The translations under genes were made by a program, and so were the position numbers. A stretch of DNA of 64,000 nucleotides, taken from an uncultured Planctomycetota bacterium (GTDB lineage Bacteria > Planctomycetota > PLA2 > JAEUHO01). The notes under the pieces were generated by a model. The model saw nothing but the letters and a program-made list of their open reading frames with translations, was not told where the DNA came from and ran no database searches. The stretch lies in the NCBI GenBank assembly GCA_963752285.1, contig CAVVXN010000003.1:128001-192000 (forward strand), given 5' to 3'. Each line of letters opens with the position of its first letter. The stretch's first letter is position 1. Positions 37,307 to 46,082 of this stretch are shown piece after piece.

Positions 37307-38751
37307 GCTCCATGCGCGTCTCGGCCCTGCCGTCCGTCCTCCTGTTGACGCTCCTCCCGCTCGTCGCCACCTGCGGAGGGCGCACGGTCGAGGGCCCTCG
37401 GATCGTCGTCGCGAGCCTGGAGCCGGGCGACCCGCCCGCGGGCCTCGTGCTCGTCCCGCGCGCCGATCCTTCGAGACGCCACCCGCTCGTGGCCGTGCCC
37501 GCCGAGGGCGTGGACGTGTACGCCGCGCCCGGCGCGCCCGACGGCGTCTTCGAGGTGGAGGGTCCGGACGGGTGGACGATGCTCCACCTCGGGAGCTCGC
37601 CGCCGACGATCGCCTCCGACGCCGCCCCGCCCATCGTCCGCATCGGCCGGCGGTACGCGCTGTACGTCGGGACCTCCGTGCACGAGCTGAGGCCGGGACG
37701 CGCCTGGGTGGTCCGGCCCGTGGACGGCGGGCCGGCCGTCTCGCTCGTCGCGGTCCTCGGGAACCAGGGGCGACTCGCGATCCTCCACCTCGACCCCTCC
37801 GTGTGGCACGACGAGGTCTTCCTCTACGGACGGCTCCGCCGCGGCACGTTCGAGCCCCAGGGCGGCGTCGAGGCATCCGACGACGGCCCCCTCGTCGTTC
37901 CCAGCCGCGTCCCCCTGGCCGAGGGCGGCCAGCCCCGCGTGCTCGAGCTCGAGCCGGCCGTCGAGTCGCCGCTCCAGGTGGGGCTGGTGCCCGCGGAGGC
38001 GAGCGCCGTCGTGGACGACCGCCCGGTCACCGTCCGGCTGAGCGACCTGCCGCTGCCGCTCGCGTGGACCGCGCGCAGCCGCGCCGGCATCGCGCTCGTG
38101 CCGTCGGTCCCCGCGCTCGACCGCGCGGTCGAGGTCGAGGTCGAGGGCGTGCCCGCGGTTCGCGTCTCGTCCACGGACCGGCGCACGTTCGAGGCCGTGT
38201 ACGTGCTGGTCCCCGGCGGCGCGGGGACGCGCTTCGTCCGACTCGCGCTCCCCGCGGACGCGCCGCCGGTCGTGCGGATCGAGGCGAGAACCGAGGGCGC
38301 GCCGGCGTACGGGCTCGTGCACCTCGAGGAGCCACCCGCGGACCGAGGCGACGACGGTCGCCCGGAGGTCACGATCACGCTCCCCCGGCGAAGGGCGTCG
38401 GTGCTCGTCGTGTTCGAACGGGCGATCGCGTCGCTCGAGGTCCCGGGCGAGGGCGAAGGACCGTTCGACGTCCCGCCGCCCGACGCGGGCGTGGTGTTCC
38501 AGGGCGCGCTCCCGGCGGTTCGTCCGGGCACGTCGGTCGCCGTGCGGCTCTTCCGCCACGAGGACGGCGCGCGGGTCACCGGAAACGGGCTCACGTTCAC
38601 GGCGGCCGGCGGGAACGAGGTGTCGGGGCGGATCCCGACCGGGACCTACGACGTGGAGGTGGCGACGGACCACGGGACGTGGAGGCGGCCCGGCCCGCTC
38701 GACGCGACGACGGCGGGCTCCCAGATCCACATCCGCCTCCAGGTCCCGTGA
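37303..38751 (+). CDS. Hypothetical exported, beta-strand-rich protein (possible lipoprotein)
   Basis: ATGA overlap with add stop; hydrophobic N-terminus ending VATC; Val/Pro-rich Ig-like composition. Confidence 0.6.
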   Translation: MSSMRVSALPSVLLLTLLPLVATCGGRTVEGPRIVVASLEPGDPPAGLVLVPRADPSRRHPLVAVPAEGVDVYAAPGAPDGVFEVEGPDGWTMLHLGSSPPTIASDAAPPIVRIGRRYALYVGTSVHELRPGRAWVVRPVDGGPAVSLVAVLGNQGRLAILHLDPSVWHDEVFLYGRLRRGTFEPQGGVEASDDGPLVVPSRVPLAEGGQPRVLELEPAVESPLQVGLVPAEASAVVDDRPVTVRLSDLPLPLAWTARSRAGIALVPSVPALDRAVEVEVEGVPAVRVSSTDRRTFEAVYVLVPGGAGTRFVRLALPADAPPVVRIEARTEGAPAYGLVHLEEPPADRGDDGRPEVTITLPRRRASVLVVFERAIASLEVPGEGEGPFDVPPPDAGVVFQGALPAVRPGTSVAVRLFRHEDGARVTGNGLTFTAAGGNEVSGRIPTGTYDVEVATDHGTWRRPGPLDATTAGSQIHIRLQVP

Positions 38752-38861
38752 GGCCCCGGAAGGCGTTCGAACGCGCCCCGTGCCGGTCGCATTGACCGCG
38801 CCCCGCGAGCGCCGTACGGTCGCGGCGGCGCCCGCGGGGGAACGGCGCCCGAGGAGCGGTC

Positions 38862-39494
38862 ATGGCCGACCCGGGACGGGATTCGAGGTCCGAGGGGCGC
38901 CGCCTCGTGTCGCGACGCGCGCTGATGAAGGGCGCCGGGCTCGTCGCGGCGACGGGCGCGCTCTCCCGGTCGATCGGCGCCTTCGCCGACGAGGCGAACG
39001 CGCGCGTGCCGAGCCAGGGGCCCGGTGCGGTCACGGTGAAGCTCCGCCTGAACGGGAAGGAACGCTCCTTCCTCGCGGAGCCCCGGCGCACGCTCCTCGA
39101 CGCCCTCCGGCTCCCGCCGCTCGGCCTGACGGGCGCGAAGCCCGTGTGCGAGCGTGGCACCTGCGGCGCGTGCACGGTCTGGCTCGACGGAAAGACGGTG
39201 TACGCGTGCAGCGTGCTCGCCGTGGAGGCCGAGGGCCGCGAGGTGGTCACGGTCGAGGGCCTGGGGACGCCGGACGCGCCGCACGCGGTCCAGACGGCCT
39301 TCGTCGCCGAGGACGCCGCGCAGTGCGGGTTCTGCACGCCCGGCATGGTGATGTCCGCCGCGTGGGCGCTGGGGGCGCACGGCCGCTCCCTCACCCCCGG
39401 TCAGGCGCGCGCCGCGACGGCCGGCAACCTCTGTCGCTGCGGCACCCACCCGCACGTCGTACGCGCGGCCCTCCGCGCGGCGAAGGAGGCGTGA
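38862..39494 (+). CDS. Xanthine dehydrogenase family 2x[2Fe-2S] subunit with Tat-like signal (PaoA/YagT-like)
   Basis: SRRALMK twin-arginine motif; CERGTCGAC..C and QCGFC...CRC. Confidence 0.9.
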   Translation: MADPGRDSRSEGRRLVSRRALMKGAGLVAATGALSRSIGAFADEANARVPSQGPGAVTVKLRLNGKERSFLAEPRRTLLDALRLPPLGLTGAKPVCERGTCGACTVWLDGKTVYACSVLAVEAEGREVVTVEGLGTPDAPHAVQTAFVAEDAAQCGFCTPGMVMSAAWALGAHGRSLTPGQARAATAGNLCRCGTHPHVVRAALRAAKEA

Positions 39495-39495
39495 G

Positions 39496-41697
39496 ATGGG
39501 CCGGCGCGTGACGTTCAAGGCGGGCATCGACGGGGCCGAGAAGGACCTCACGGTCGAGATCGACGAGCTGGACGCGCCGCCGTGGGGGCTCGACGCACGG
39601 CTCCGCGTCGTCGGCACCGACGTGCCGCGGCTCGACGGCCTCGTGAAGGCGACCGGGGCCGCGAGGTACACGATGGACGCGTACCCCGAGCGGATGGCCT
39701 GGGCCGGGTTCGTCGTCTCGCCGCACGCGCACGCGAAGGTCGTGTCGGTGGACGCCGCGCCCGCGCGCGCGCTCGCCGGCGTGCTCTCGGTCCGGACCTT
39801 CGAGGGCCGCGAGGTGACGTACGCGGGCCAGATCGTCGCGGCCGTGGCGGCGGAGTCACGCGAGGTCCTCGATGACGCGCTCCATGCGATCGGGGTGACG
39901 TACGACGTGCTCCCGCACGCCGTCACGGTGGACGACGCCCTGAAGGAGGGCGCGCCGAAGGTGAGCCCGGGCGACCTCGCCTGGGACGACCGCATGAGCC
40001 GGGACCCCGAGAAGGCCGACGAGGCCCTCGCCGCCGCCGAGGTCGTGGTGGAGGGGGAGTGGCGGACCCAGATCCAGACGCACTCCTGCCTCGAGCCGCA
40101 CGGCGTCGTCTGCCGCGTGGACGGAGACGGCGGAGCGACGGTGTGGGCCTCGACCCAGGCGACGGGGTCGTACGGCGGGCTCGCCTCCCACCTCGGCGTC
40201 CCGGCGGGCCGGCTCCGCGTCCTGACGCCGCACATGGGCGGCGGGTTCGGGTCGAAGTTCGGCTTCCAGGAGTGGGACACGATCACCGCGGCCTTCGCGA
40301 AGGAGCTCGGGCGTCCCGTGCACGGCATGCTGCCGCGCCGTGAGGAGCACCTCGTGGGCGGCAACCGCCCCGACTCGATCCAACGCCTGAAGCTCGGCGG
40401 CACGAAGGACGGGACGCTCCAAGTGCTCGTCGGCGAGACCACGGGCACCGCGGGCAACGGCACGGGCGGCGCGGGGTGCGCGAACACGCGCGTGTACCGG
40501 ATCCCGATCATCCGGATGCGCCAGGCGACCGTGCCGACGTTCACGATGCGCGGCGTGGCGTTCCGCGCGCCCGGGCACCCGCAGGGCGTGTTCGCGCTGG
40601 AGGGCGCGATCGAGCGCTACGCGACGACGGCCGGGCTCGACCCGCTGGCCGTGCGGATGAAGAACGATCCGCATCCCGTCCGCCGGGCAGAGTGGCGGAT
40701 CGGCGCCGAGCGGTTCGGGTGGTCGGAGGCGCGGAAGCGCTGGCCCGGGAAGGGCGACGGCCCCGTGCGCCGCGGCGTCGGCTGTGCCGCCGGCCTCTGG
40801 TACCAGGCCGGAGGCGGGCGCTGGCGCGTGGACGTCCGCGTCGGCCGCGACGGCACGGTCACGCTGATGAACGGCGCGCAGGACATCGGGACCGGGACCC
40901 GCACCCTGCTCGCGATCCTCGCCGCCGAAGAGCTCGGCATCGCGCCCTCGCGCGTGGACGTGCGGATCGGCGACACCACGTACCCGCCCGGACCGGGAAG
41001 CGGCGGGAGCACGACGGCTCCCTCGCTCGGCCCGGCCGCGCGCGAGGCGGGGCTCCGCGCCCGCGAGGGACTCGCGAAGAAGCTGGCCGAGACGTGGGGC
41101 GTCGGCGCGGGCGACGTGACGCTCGCGGACGGCGGCTTCGCGGGCCCCGGCGGCGAGAAGGCGACGTTCGAGGAGGCGTGCGGTCTCCTCGGCGACGAGG
41201 GGCTCCAGGTGTTCGGTGAGCGGCGTCCGAACTACGAGGGGTACGACCACGAGACCGCGGGCTGCCAGCTCGCGCGCGTCGCGGTCGACACCGAGACCGG
41301 CGTGATCCGCGTCGAGAAGGTCGTGGCGGTGCACGACTGCGGGCGTGTCGTAGACGCCCTGACCGCGCGGAGCCAGGTGAACGGCGGCGTGATCCAGGGC
41401 GTCTCATACGCGCTCTACGAGGAGCGTCGCCTCGATCCCTACACGGGCGACATGGTGAACGCGACGCTCGACACGTACAAGATCGCGGGCATGGAGGACG
41501 TGCCCGAGATCGACGCGGTCCTGACGTCCGTCGCGAGCGGCTTCAACAACGCCGGCATGATGGGCCTCGGCGAGCCGGTCACCGTGCCGACCGCGGCGGC
41601 GATCGCGAACGCGGTCTACCACGCGCTGGGCGTGCAGGTCACGGAGCTCCCGATGACGCCCGCGCGCGTCCTCGCGGCGCTGGGGAGGGTCGGATGA
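39496..41697 (+). CDS. Xanthine dehydrogenase family molybdopterin-binding subunit (PaoC/YagR-like)
   Basis: KATGAARY, LEPH, GGGFGSK, AFRAPGHPQG, QDIGTG, GSGGS, QVNGGVIQG, GLGE. Confidence 0.92.
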   Translation: MGRRVTFKAGIDGAEKDLTVEIDELDAPPWGLDARLRVVGTDVPRLDGLVKATGAARYTMDAYPERMAWAGFVVSPHAHAKVVSVDAAPARALAGVLSVRTFEGREVTYAGQIVAAVAAESREVLDDALHAIGVTYDVLPHAVTVDDALKEGAPKVSPGDLAWDDRMSRDPEKADEALAAAEVVVEGEWRTQIQTHSCLEPHGVVCRVDGDGGATVWASTQATGSYGGLASHLGVPAGRLRVLTPHMGGGFGSKFGFQEWDTITAAFAKELGRPVHGMLPRREEHLVGGNRPDSIQRLKLGGTKDGTLQVLVGETTGTAGNGTGGAGCANTRVYRIPIIRMRQATVPTFTMRGVAFRAPGHPQGVFALEGAIERYATTAGLDPLAVRMKNDPHPVRRAEWRIGAERFGWSEARKRWPGKGDGPVRRGVGCAAGLWYQAGGGRWRVDVRVGRDGTVTLMNGAQDIGTGTRTLLAILAAEELGIAPSRVDVRIGDTTYPPGPGSGGSTTAPSLGPAAREAGLRAREGLAKKLAETWGVGAGDVTLADGGFAGPGGEKATFEEACGLLGDEGLQVFGERRPNYEGYDHETAGCQLARVAVDTETGVIRVEKVVAVHDCGRVVDALTARSQVNGGVIQGVSYALYEERRLDPYTGDMVNATLDTYKIAGMEDVPEIDAVLTSVASGFNNAGMMGLGEPVTVPTAAAIANAVYHALGVQVTELPMTPARVLAALGRVG

Positions 41698-42701
41698 AGG
41701 CGTTCCGATACGACCGTCCGAAGACCCTGTCGGCCGCGGTGGAGGCGCTCGGGGGCTCCGGCGACGCGGTGCTCCACGCGGGGGGGACCGACCTCCTCGG
41801 ACGCATGAAGGAGCGCCTCGTCGAGCCCGCGCGTCTCGTGGCGCTCCTCGACGTCGAGGGGGACCTTCGGGACGTGCGCGCCGAGGGCGCGGGTCTCTGG
41901 ATCGGGGCCCTCGCGACGCTCGACGACCTCGCGCGCTCGGACGTCGTGAAGGAGCGGGCCCCGAGCCTCGGGGAGGCGGCGGCCGCCGCCGCGAGCCCCC
42001 AGATCCGCCACCGCGCGACGATCGCCGGGAACCTCGCGCAGCACACCCGCTGCGGCTATTACCGGTTCGCGTCGTCGCCGTGCTTCCGGCGCGGTGCGAC
42101 GTTCTGCTCGACGCGGCGCGACGGCGCGGTACAGGAAGTCGCGGGCGTCTTCGCGAACGAGACGTGCGCCTCGGCGCACCCGTCGAGCGTCGCGCCGGTG
42201 CTCTGTGCGCTCGACGCGACCGTGTACGTCGTGACGCCCGCCGCGCCCGACCGTCACGAACCGCATCCGCTCCGGACGCTCTGGCACACGGAGCAGGTGC
42301 GCGGGCGCGCCGAGGACCTCGCGCTCCCCGACGGCGGCGTGATCTCGCACCTCGTCGTCCCCGGCGACGACGTCGGTCGGGGTCAGGTGGACGCGTACGA
42401 GGAGGTCCGCCAGCGCGCGGCGTTCGACTGGGCGCTCGCCTCCTCTGCCGTGCGCCTCGTGCGCGAGGGCGACACGGTGAAGGACGCGTCCGTCTGGCTC
42501 GGTGCCGTCGCGCCGACGCCGTGGCGCGCGACCGGCGCCGAGCAGGCGCTCACGGGACGGGCGTGGTCGAAGGACCTCGCCGGGGACGCGGCGGACGCGG
42601 CCGTCGAGGGCGCGACGCCCCTCGCCGGAACGGCCTACAAGGTCCCGATCGTCCGCGCCGTGGTGCGGCGCGCGATCGAGAAGGCCTGGAGGAGGACGTG
42701 A
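41694..42701 (+). CDS. Xanthine dehydrogenase family FAD-binding subunit with [4Fe-4S] insert (PaoB/YagS-like)
   Basis: AGGTDL, ASPQIRHRATIAGNL, Cys insert RCGYYR..C..C..C.HPS, GAVAPTPWR. Confidence 0.9.
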   Translation: MKAFRYDRPKTLSAAVEALGGSGDAVLHAGGTDLLGRMKERLVEPARLVALLDVEGDLRDVRAEGAGLWIGALATLDDLARSDVVKERAPSLGEAAAAAASPQIRHRATIAGNLAQHTRCGYYRFASSPCFRRGATFCSTRRDGAVQEVAGVFANETCASAHPSSVAPVLCALDATVYVVTPAAPDRHEPHPLRTLWHTEQVRGRAEDLALPDGGVISHLVVPGDDVGRGQVDAYEEVRQRAAFDWALASSAVRLVREGDTVKDASVWLGAVAPTPWRATGAEQALTGRAWSKDLAGDAADAAVEGATPLAGTAYKVPIVRAVVRRAIEKAWRRT

Positions 42702-42946
42702 TGACGTACCGCGATCGGGTCGAGCGCGACCTCGTCCACCGCTGCGTCTTCCTCAAGACGAAGACCTCCTGGCTCGGCCTCCCGGAGGCGCACGCGCGCG
42801 AGAACGACGTGCCGACCGCCGTCTGGTGGTGCGAGCGCACCTGCGAGCCGCTGGGCCCCGACCGTGCCGCCGTAGGGCCCTCCACCTGCGGCCACCCCGG
42901 CCGCGCCTGTTACGAGCGCCCCCGCCGACCGGCACCCGGCCGCTGA
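42701..42946 (+). CDS. Small Cys-rich hypothetical protein (81 aa)
   Basis: GGAGGAGG RBS and TGATG coupling to the FAD subunit stop; five Cys (HRC, WWCERTC, GPD..TC, RAC). Confidence 0.7.
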   Translation: MTYRDRVERDLVHRCVFLKTKTSWLGLPEAHARENDVPTAVWWCERTCEPLGPDRAAVGPSTCGHPGRACYERPRRPAPGR

Positions 42947-43002
42947 GAGATCGGGGCGCCGCCGCGCCGCCTCGTGGCGCGGGCTCGTCGCCCGGGACGG
43001 GT

Positions 43003-45126
43003 CTACGTGGACGGGGGGGACGCCAGGAGGGCGCGGTACGCGGTCCTGGCCTCGGGCGCGAGGTCGGCGAGGAGCGCTTCGCGGTCGAGCCGATGCGCGA
43101 AGCGGTGGTGGGGGGCGTCGGCGACGACGATCCCCGTGCGTCGTTCGACCCGCGCGAGGTCCCGGAGGACCGACGCGTTCGCCCGTCCGAGCGCCCTCGC
43201 GAGCTCCCCGGCGCAAAACGTCGTCCCGACGACCGACGCGAGGTCGAGGAGGTCGCGCTCCTCCGTACGGAGCAGGAGGAGACGCGCCTCGGCCAGGCGG
43301 CGCACCTCGGCCGGAGGAGCGTCGTCGTCGAAGGGGGCCACGACTTCCAGCCGTCCCTCGTCGTCGCGGGCGAACCGGCCGGCGGCCTCGAGGCCGCGCG
43401 CGATCTCGACGAGCGTCCCCGGGAGGCCGTCCGCCCACGAGAGCAAGCGACGCGCGACGGGGCCCTCGACCCACGCGGACGCGCCGAGGTCGGACAGGAT
43501 CTCCTCCATCACGCGCCTTCCGAGCCGGGGGAGACGGTGCGCTCTCGCCGGGGGCAGGCTCGCGCGGGCCCCCGCGTGCGTGGCGGCGGTCAGGACGAGG
43601 AGGAGCGGGACCCCCGAGGCGACGCTCGCGATCCTCTCGGCGAGCGCCCGGCCGTCGCGGTCCGCCGCCTCCACGTGCTCGAGCACGAGCACGGTCGGAC
43701 GGGCCGTCGCCCGGCGCCGCACCTCGTCCACGAGCGGCGCCGCGTCGCACGCGGGCTCGGCCGCGCCGCCGAGCGCCGAGGCGACCGCGCCCACGCCGGG
43801 GCGCGTGCTGAAATCGCCGTAGAGGACGTCCACGCCCGACGGCACGTCGGCGTCCACCCACGCGGCGAGGAGGTGGGTCACGCCGGCGCCCGACTCTCCG
43901 TCGAAGAGCCACGCGGCGCCGCGGTGCGACGCGAGGTCGCGCGCGGCCTCCGCGAGGACCCGCCGTTCCGGTGCGCGACCGCACAGGCGCGCGGCGGGCC
44001 GCGCGAGCCGCGCCGGCCGGCACGCCGCGTCGCGGCGTTCGGCCTCGACACGCGCGGTCCACCACGACGACGCCGTCCCCTCTTCGAGGAGCCGCGCGAG
44101 CACGGCGGCCGACGAGAAGCGATCGTCGGGCGACGGCGCGAGGAGCGTCCCCACCACCGCCGCCAGGAACGGGGAGACGCCCGTCTCCGAGGCGAGCTCC
44201 GGGGCGGGACGCTCGGCGGCCCCGGCCGCGAGACGCGTCGTGAGCGGTCGTTCCCCCCAGGGGTGCGCGCCCGACAGGAGCTCGAAGAGGAGCACCCCGA
44301 GTGCGAAGAGGTCGGCCGCCGGCCCGACCCGCTCGCCGCGGAGCTGTTCCGGCGCGGCGTACGCGACGGAGCCGGCGAACTGACCCTCGGCCGTCAAGGA
44401 CGCCGACGCGTCGAGCAGCCGCGCGAGGCCGAGGTCCATGATCCGCGCGCGGCCCTCGGGCGTGATCACGACGTTTTCGGGCTTGAGGTCGCGGTGGACG
44501 ATCGCCTCGGCGTGGATCGCCACGAGCCCCCGAACGAGCTGCGCGGCGACGTCGAGCACGCGCGTCTCGGGCAGGGGGCCCTCGCGCAGGAGCACCTGGC
44601 GGATCGTCTCGCCCTCGACCAGCTCCGTCGCGACGTAGGAGACCCGCGTCCCGTTCGCGGTCGTCGTGGCCGCGCCGAGCGTCGCCACCACGTTCTCGTG
44701 CCGGACCCGTCGTCCCGCGGCGGCCTCGCGCACGAGCCGCGCCTCGAGCTCGCGCGCGGCGAGGCCCGTGTCCACGACCTTCACCGCGACGGGGCTCCCG
44801 CGCGGGAGCCCCACCCCGTCCTCCTCGACGACCGCGCGGTACACCGTACCCATCCCCCCCCGTGCGAGGACCGCCTCCAGCCGATACGGGCCGAGGCGCG
44901 CGCCGGGGGCGAGCCGCGCGCCCGCCGCGCCGGGGACGACCGAGCCCAACGACGCGTACGCGGCCGCGAGGAGCCGGAGCGCCGCGAGGCGCGGCGCGAG
45001 GCGGTCGTACAGGTCGGCGTGTCGCTCGAGCACGGCCGCGAGGTCCACGGGCTCCCCCCGCTCGAGGCGCGACTGCACCTCGGCCACCACGTCGTCCGCC
45101 CGGTCGTCATCCGTCGGTCGGCTCAC
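43003..45126 (-). CDS. Hanks-type Ser/Thr kinase fused to a degenerate AAA/STAND-like NTPase region
   Basis: GGMGTVY, VAVK, HRDLKPEN, DLGLAR, YAAPEQ, DLFALG; then GRAPE, GESGAGVT, LEHVEAAD, DGLP, FAH; start uncertain. Confidence 0.85.
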   Translation of the reverse strand: MSRPTDDDRADDVVAEVQSRLERGEPVDLAAVLERHADLYDRLAPRLAALRLLAAAYASLGSVVPGAAGARLAPGARLGPYRLEAVLARGGMGTVYRAVVEEDGVGLPRGSPVAVKVVDTGLAARELEARLVREAAAGRRVRHENVVATLGAATTTANGTRVSYVATELVEGETIRQVLLREGPLPETRVLDVAAQLVRGLVAIHAEAIVHRDLKPENVVITPEGRARIMDLGLARLLDASASLTAEGQFAGSVAYAAPEQLRGERVGPAADLFALGVLLFELLSGAHPWGERPLTTRLAAGAAERPAPELASETGVSPFLAAVVGTLLAPSPDDRFSSAAVLARLLEEGTASSWWTARVEAERRDAACRPARLARPAARLCGRAPERRVLAEAARDLASHRGAAWLFDGESGAGVTHLLAAWVDADVPSGVDVLYGDFSTRPGVGAVASALGGAAEPACDAAPLVDEVRRRATARPTVLVLEHVEAADRDGRALAERIASVASGVPLLLVLTAATHAGARASLPPARAHRLPRLGRRVMEEILSDLGASAWVEGPVARRLLSWADGLPGTLVEIARGLEAAGRFARDDEGRLEVVAPFDDDAPPAEVRRLAEARLLLLRTEERDLLDLASVVGTTFCAGELARALGRANASVLRDLARVERRTGIVVADAPHHRFAHRLDREALLADLAPEARTAYRALLASPPST

Positions 45127-45808
45127 GGTCCGTGGACTCTCCCAGGCCGCCCATCTCGCGGGCAAGCGCCGCGATCGCCCGGGCGTAGAGCTTGCGCGCC
45201 GCCTCCGCGCTGCGGTCGAGGACGCGGGCGACCTCGGCCATCGGAAGCCCGTTCTCGTGGACCATCCGGATCACCTGCGCGTAGTCGGGCCGCAGCCGGT
45301 CGAGCGCCGCCCAGACCGCCGCGCGTTGCTCCGCCGACATCGCGAGGCGGCTCGGCGTCGGGCCCGTCGCGGCCGGGGGGGCCGGGAACGGCTGCTCGCG
45401 CCGGGTGTCGCGCTTCTGGGCCGCGAAGCGGCGCACCGCGTCCTTCATCTGGTTCTCGAGGATGCGCCGGAGCCAGCGGCGGAAGTCCTCCTCCGCGTCG
45501 CCGGGGAACTCGGGCAGCGACCGGAACGCCTCGAGGACCGCCTCCTGCAGGATGTCCGACGCGGCGATCTTCTGGCGGAGGCGCGGGGAGAGCCCCGCGA
45601 CCACGCGGCGCCGGAGCGGCTTCGCGTGGCGCTCGTAGAGCCTCCGGGCCGCCTCCTCGTCGCCCGCGCGGGCCCGCCGGACGAGGTCCGGGTCGTCGTC
45701 CGGAGCGCCCGGCCCGGGTCGTCCCGCGCCGACGCCGTCCGAACCCTCCGGCTCGCCGTCGCGGCCGGGCCCGGGTCGCAAAGACTCGCGGCCGTCCCCC
45801 TGGGTCAC
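45107..45808 (-). CDS. ECF RNA polymerase sigma factor
   Basis: LVRRARAGDEEA, ASDILQE, FRRWLRRI.EN, AQKRD..RE, TPSR, region-4 helix-turn-helix EVARVLDRS. Confidence 0.88.
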   Translation of the reverse strand: MTQGDGRESLRPGPGRDGEPEGSDGVGAGRPGPGAPDDDPDLVRRARAGDEEAARRLYERHAKPLRRRVVAGLSPRLRQKIAASDILQEAVLEAFRSLPEFPGDAEEDFRRWLRRILENQMKDAVRRFAAQKRDTRREQPFPAPPAATGPTPSRLAMSAEQRAAVWAALDRLRPDYAQVIRMVHENGLPMAEVARVLDRSAEAARKLYARAIAALAREMGGLGESTDREPTDG

Positions 45809-46009
45809 CCCTTGCTTCTACCGCGAACCGCGTCTTGGGCAAGAAGTCCCGGGCGCCGGGGTGTCCGGATCGACGCGGGACTGCGCTGAAGAGGGAGAAG
45901 GCGTCCCGGTCTCCCGGGCGCCTCAGGGGCCGCGAGGCCCCTCTGGGGGCGGAGGGCGGGTGCCCCTCGCGTGGAGCCCGAGAAGGAGAGCGGGCAGCCG
46001 CCTTCGCGG

Positions 46010-46037
46010 GGCGCGGCCGGCTTCGGCCGGCCGCGCC
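46010..46037. terminator. Strong hairpin downstream of the PLP lyase gene, possible terminator
   Basis: Perfect 12-bp stem GGCGCGGCCGGC-TTCG-GCCGGCCGCGCC; no U tract. Confidence 0.4.
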
Positions 46038-46082
46038 ACCGCACCGTCGCGGCGGTCGCGCGGTCCGGGCGCACAGAGGGCC

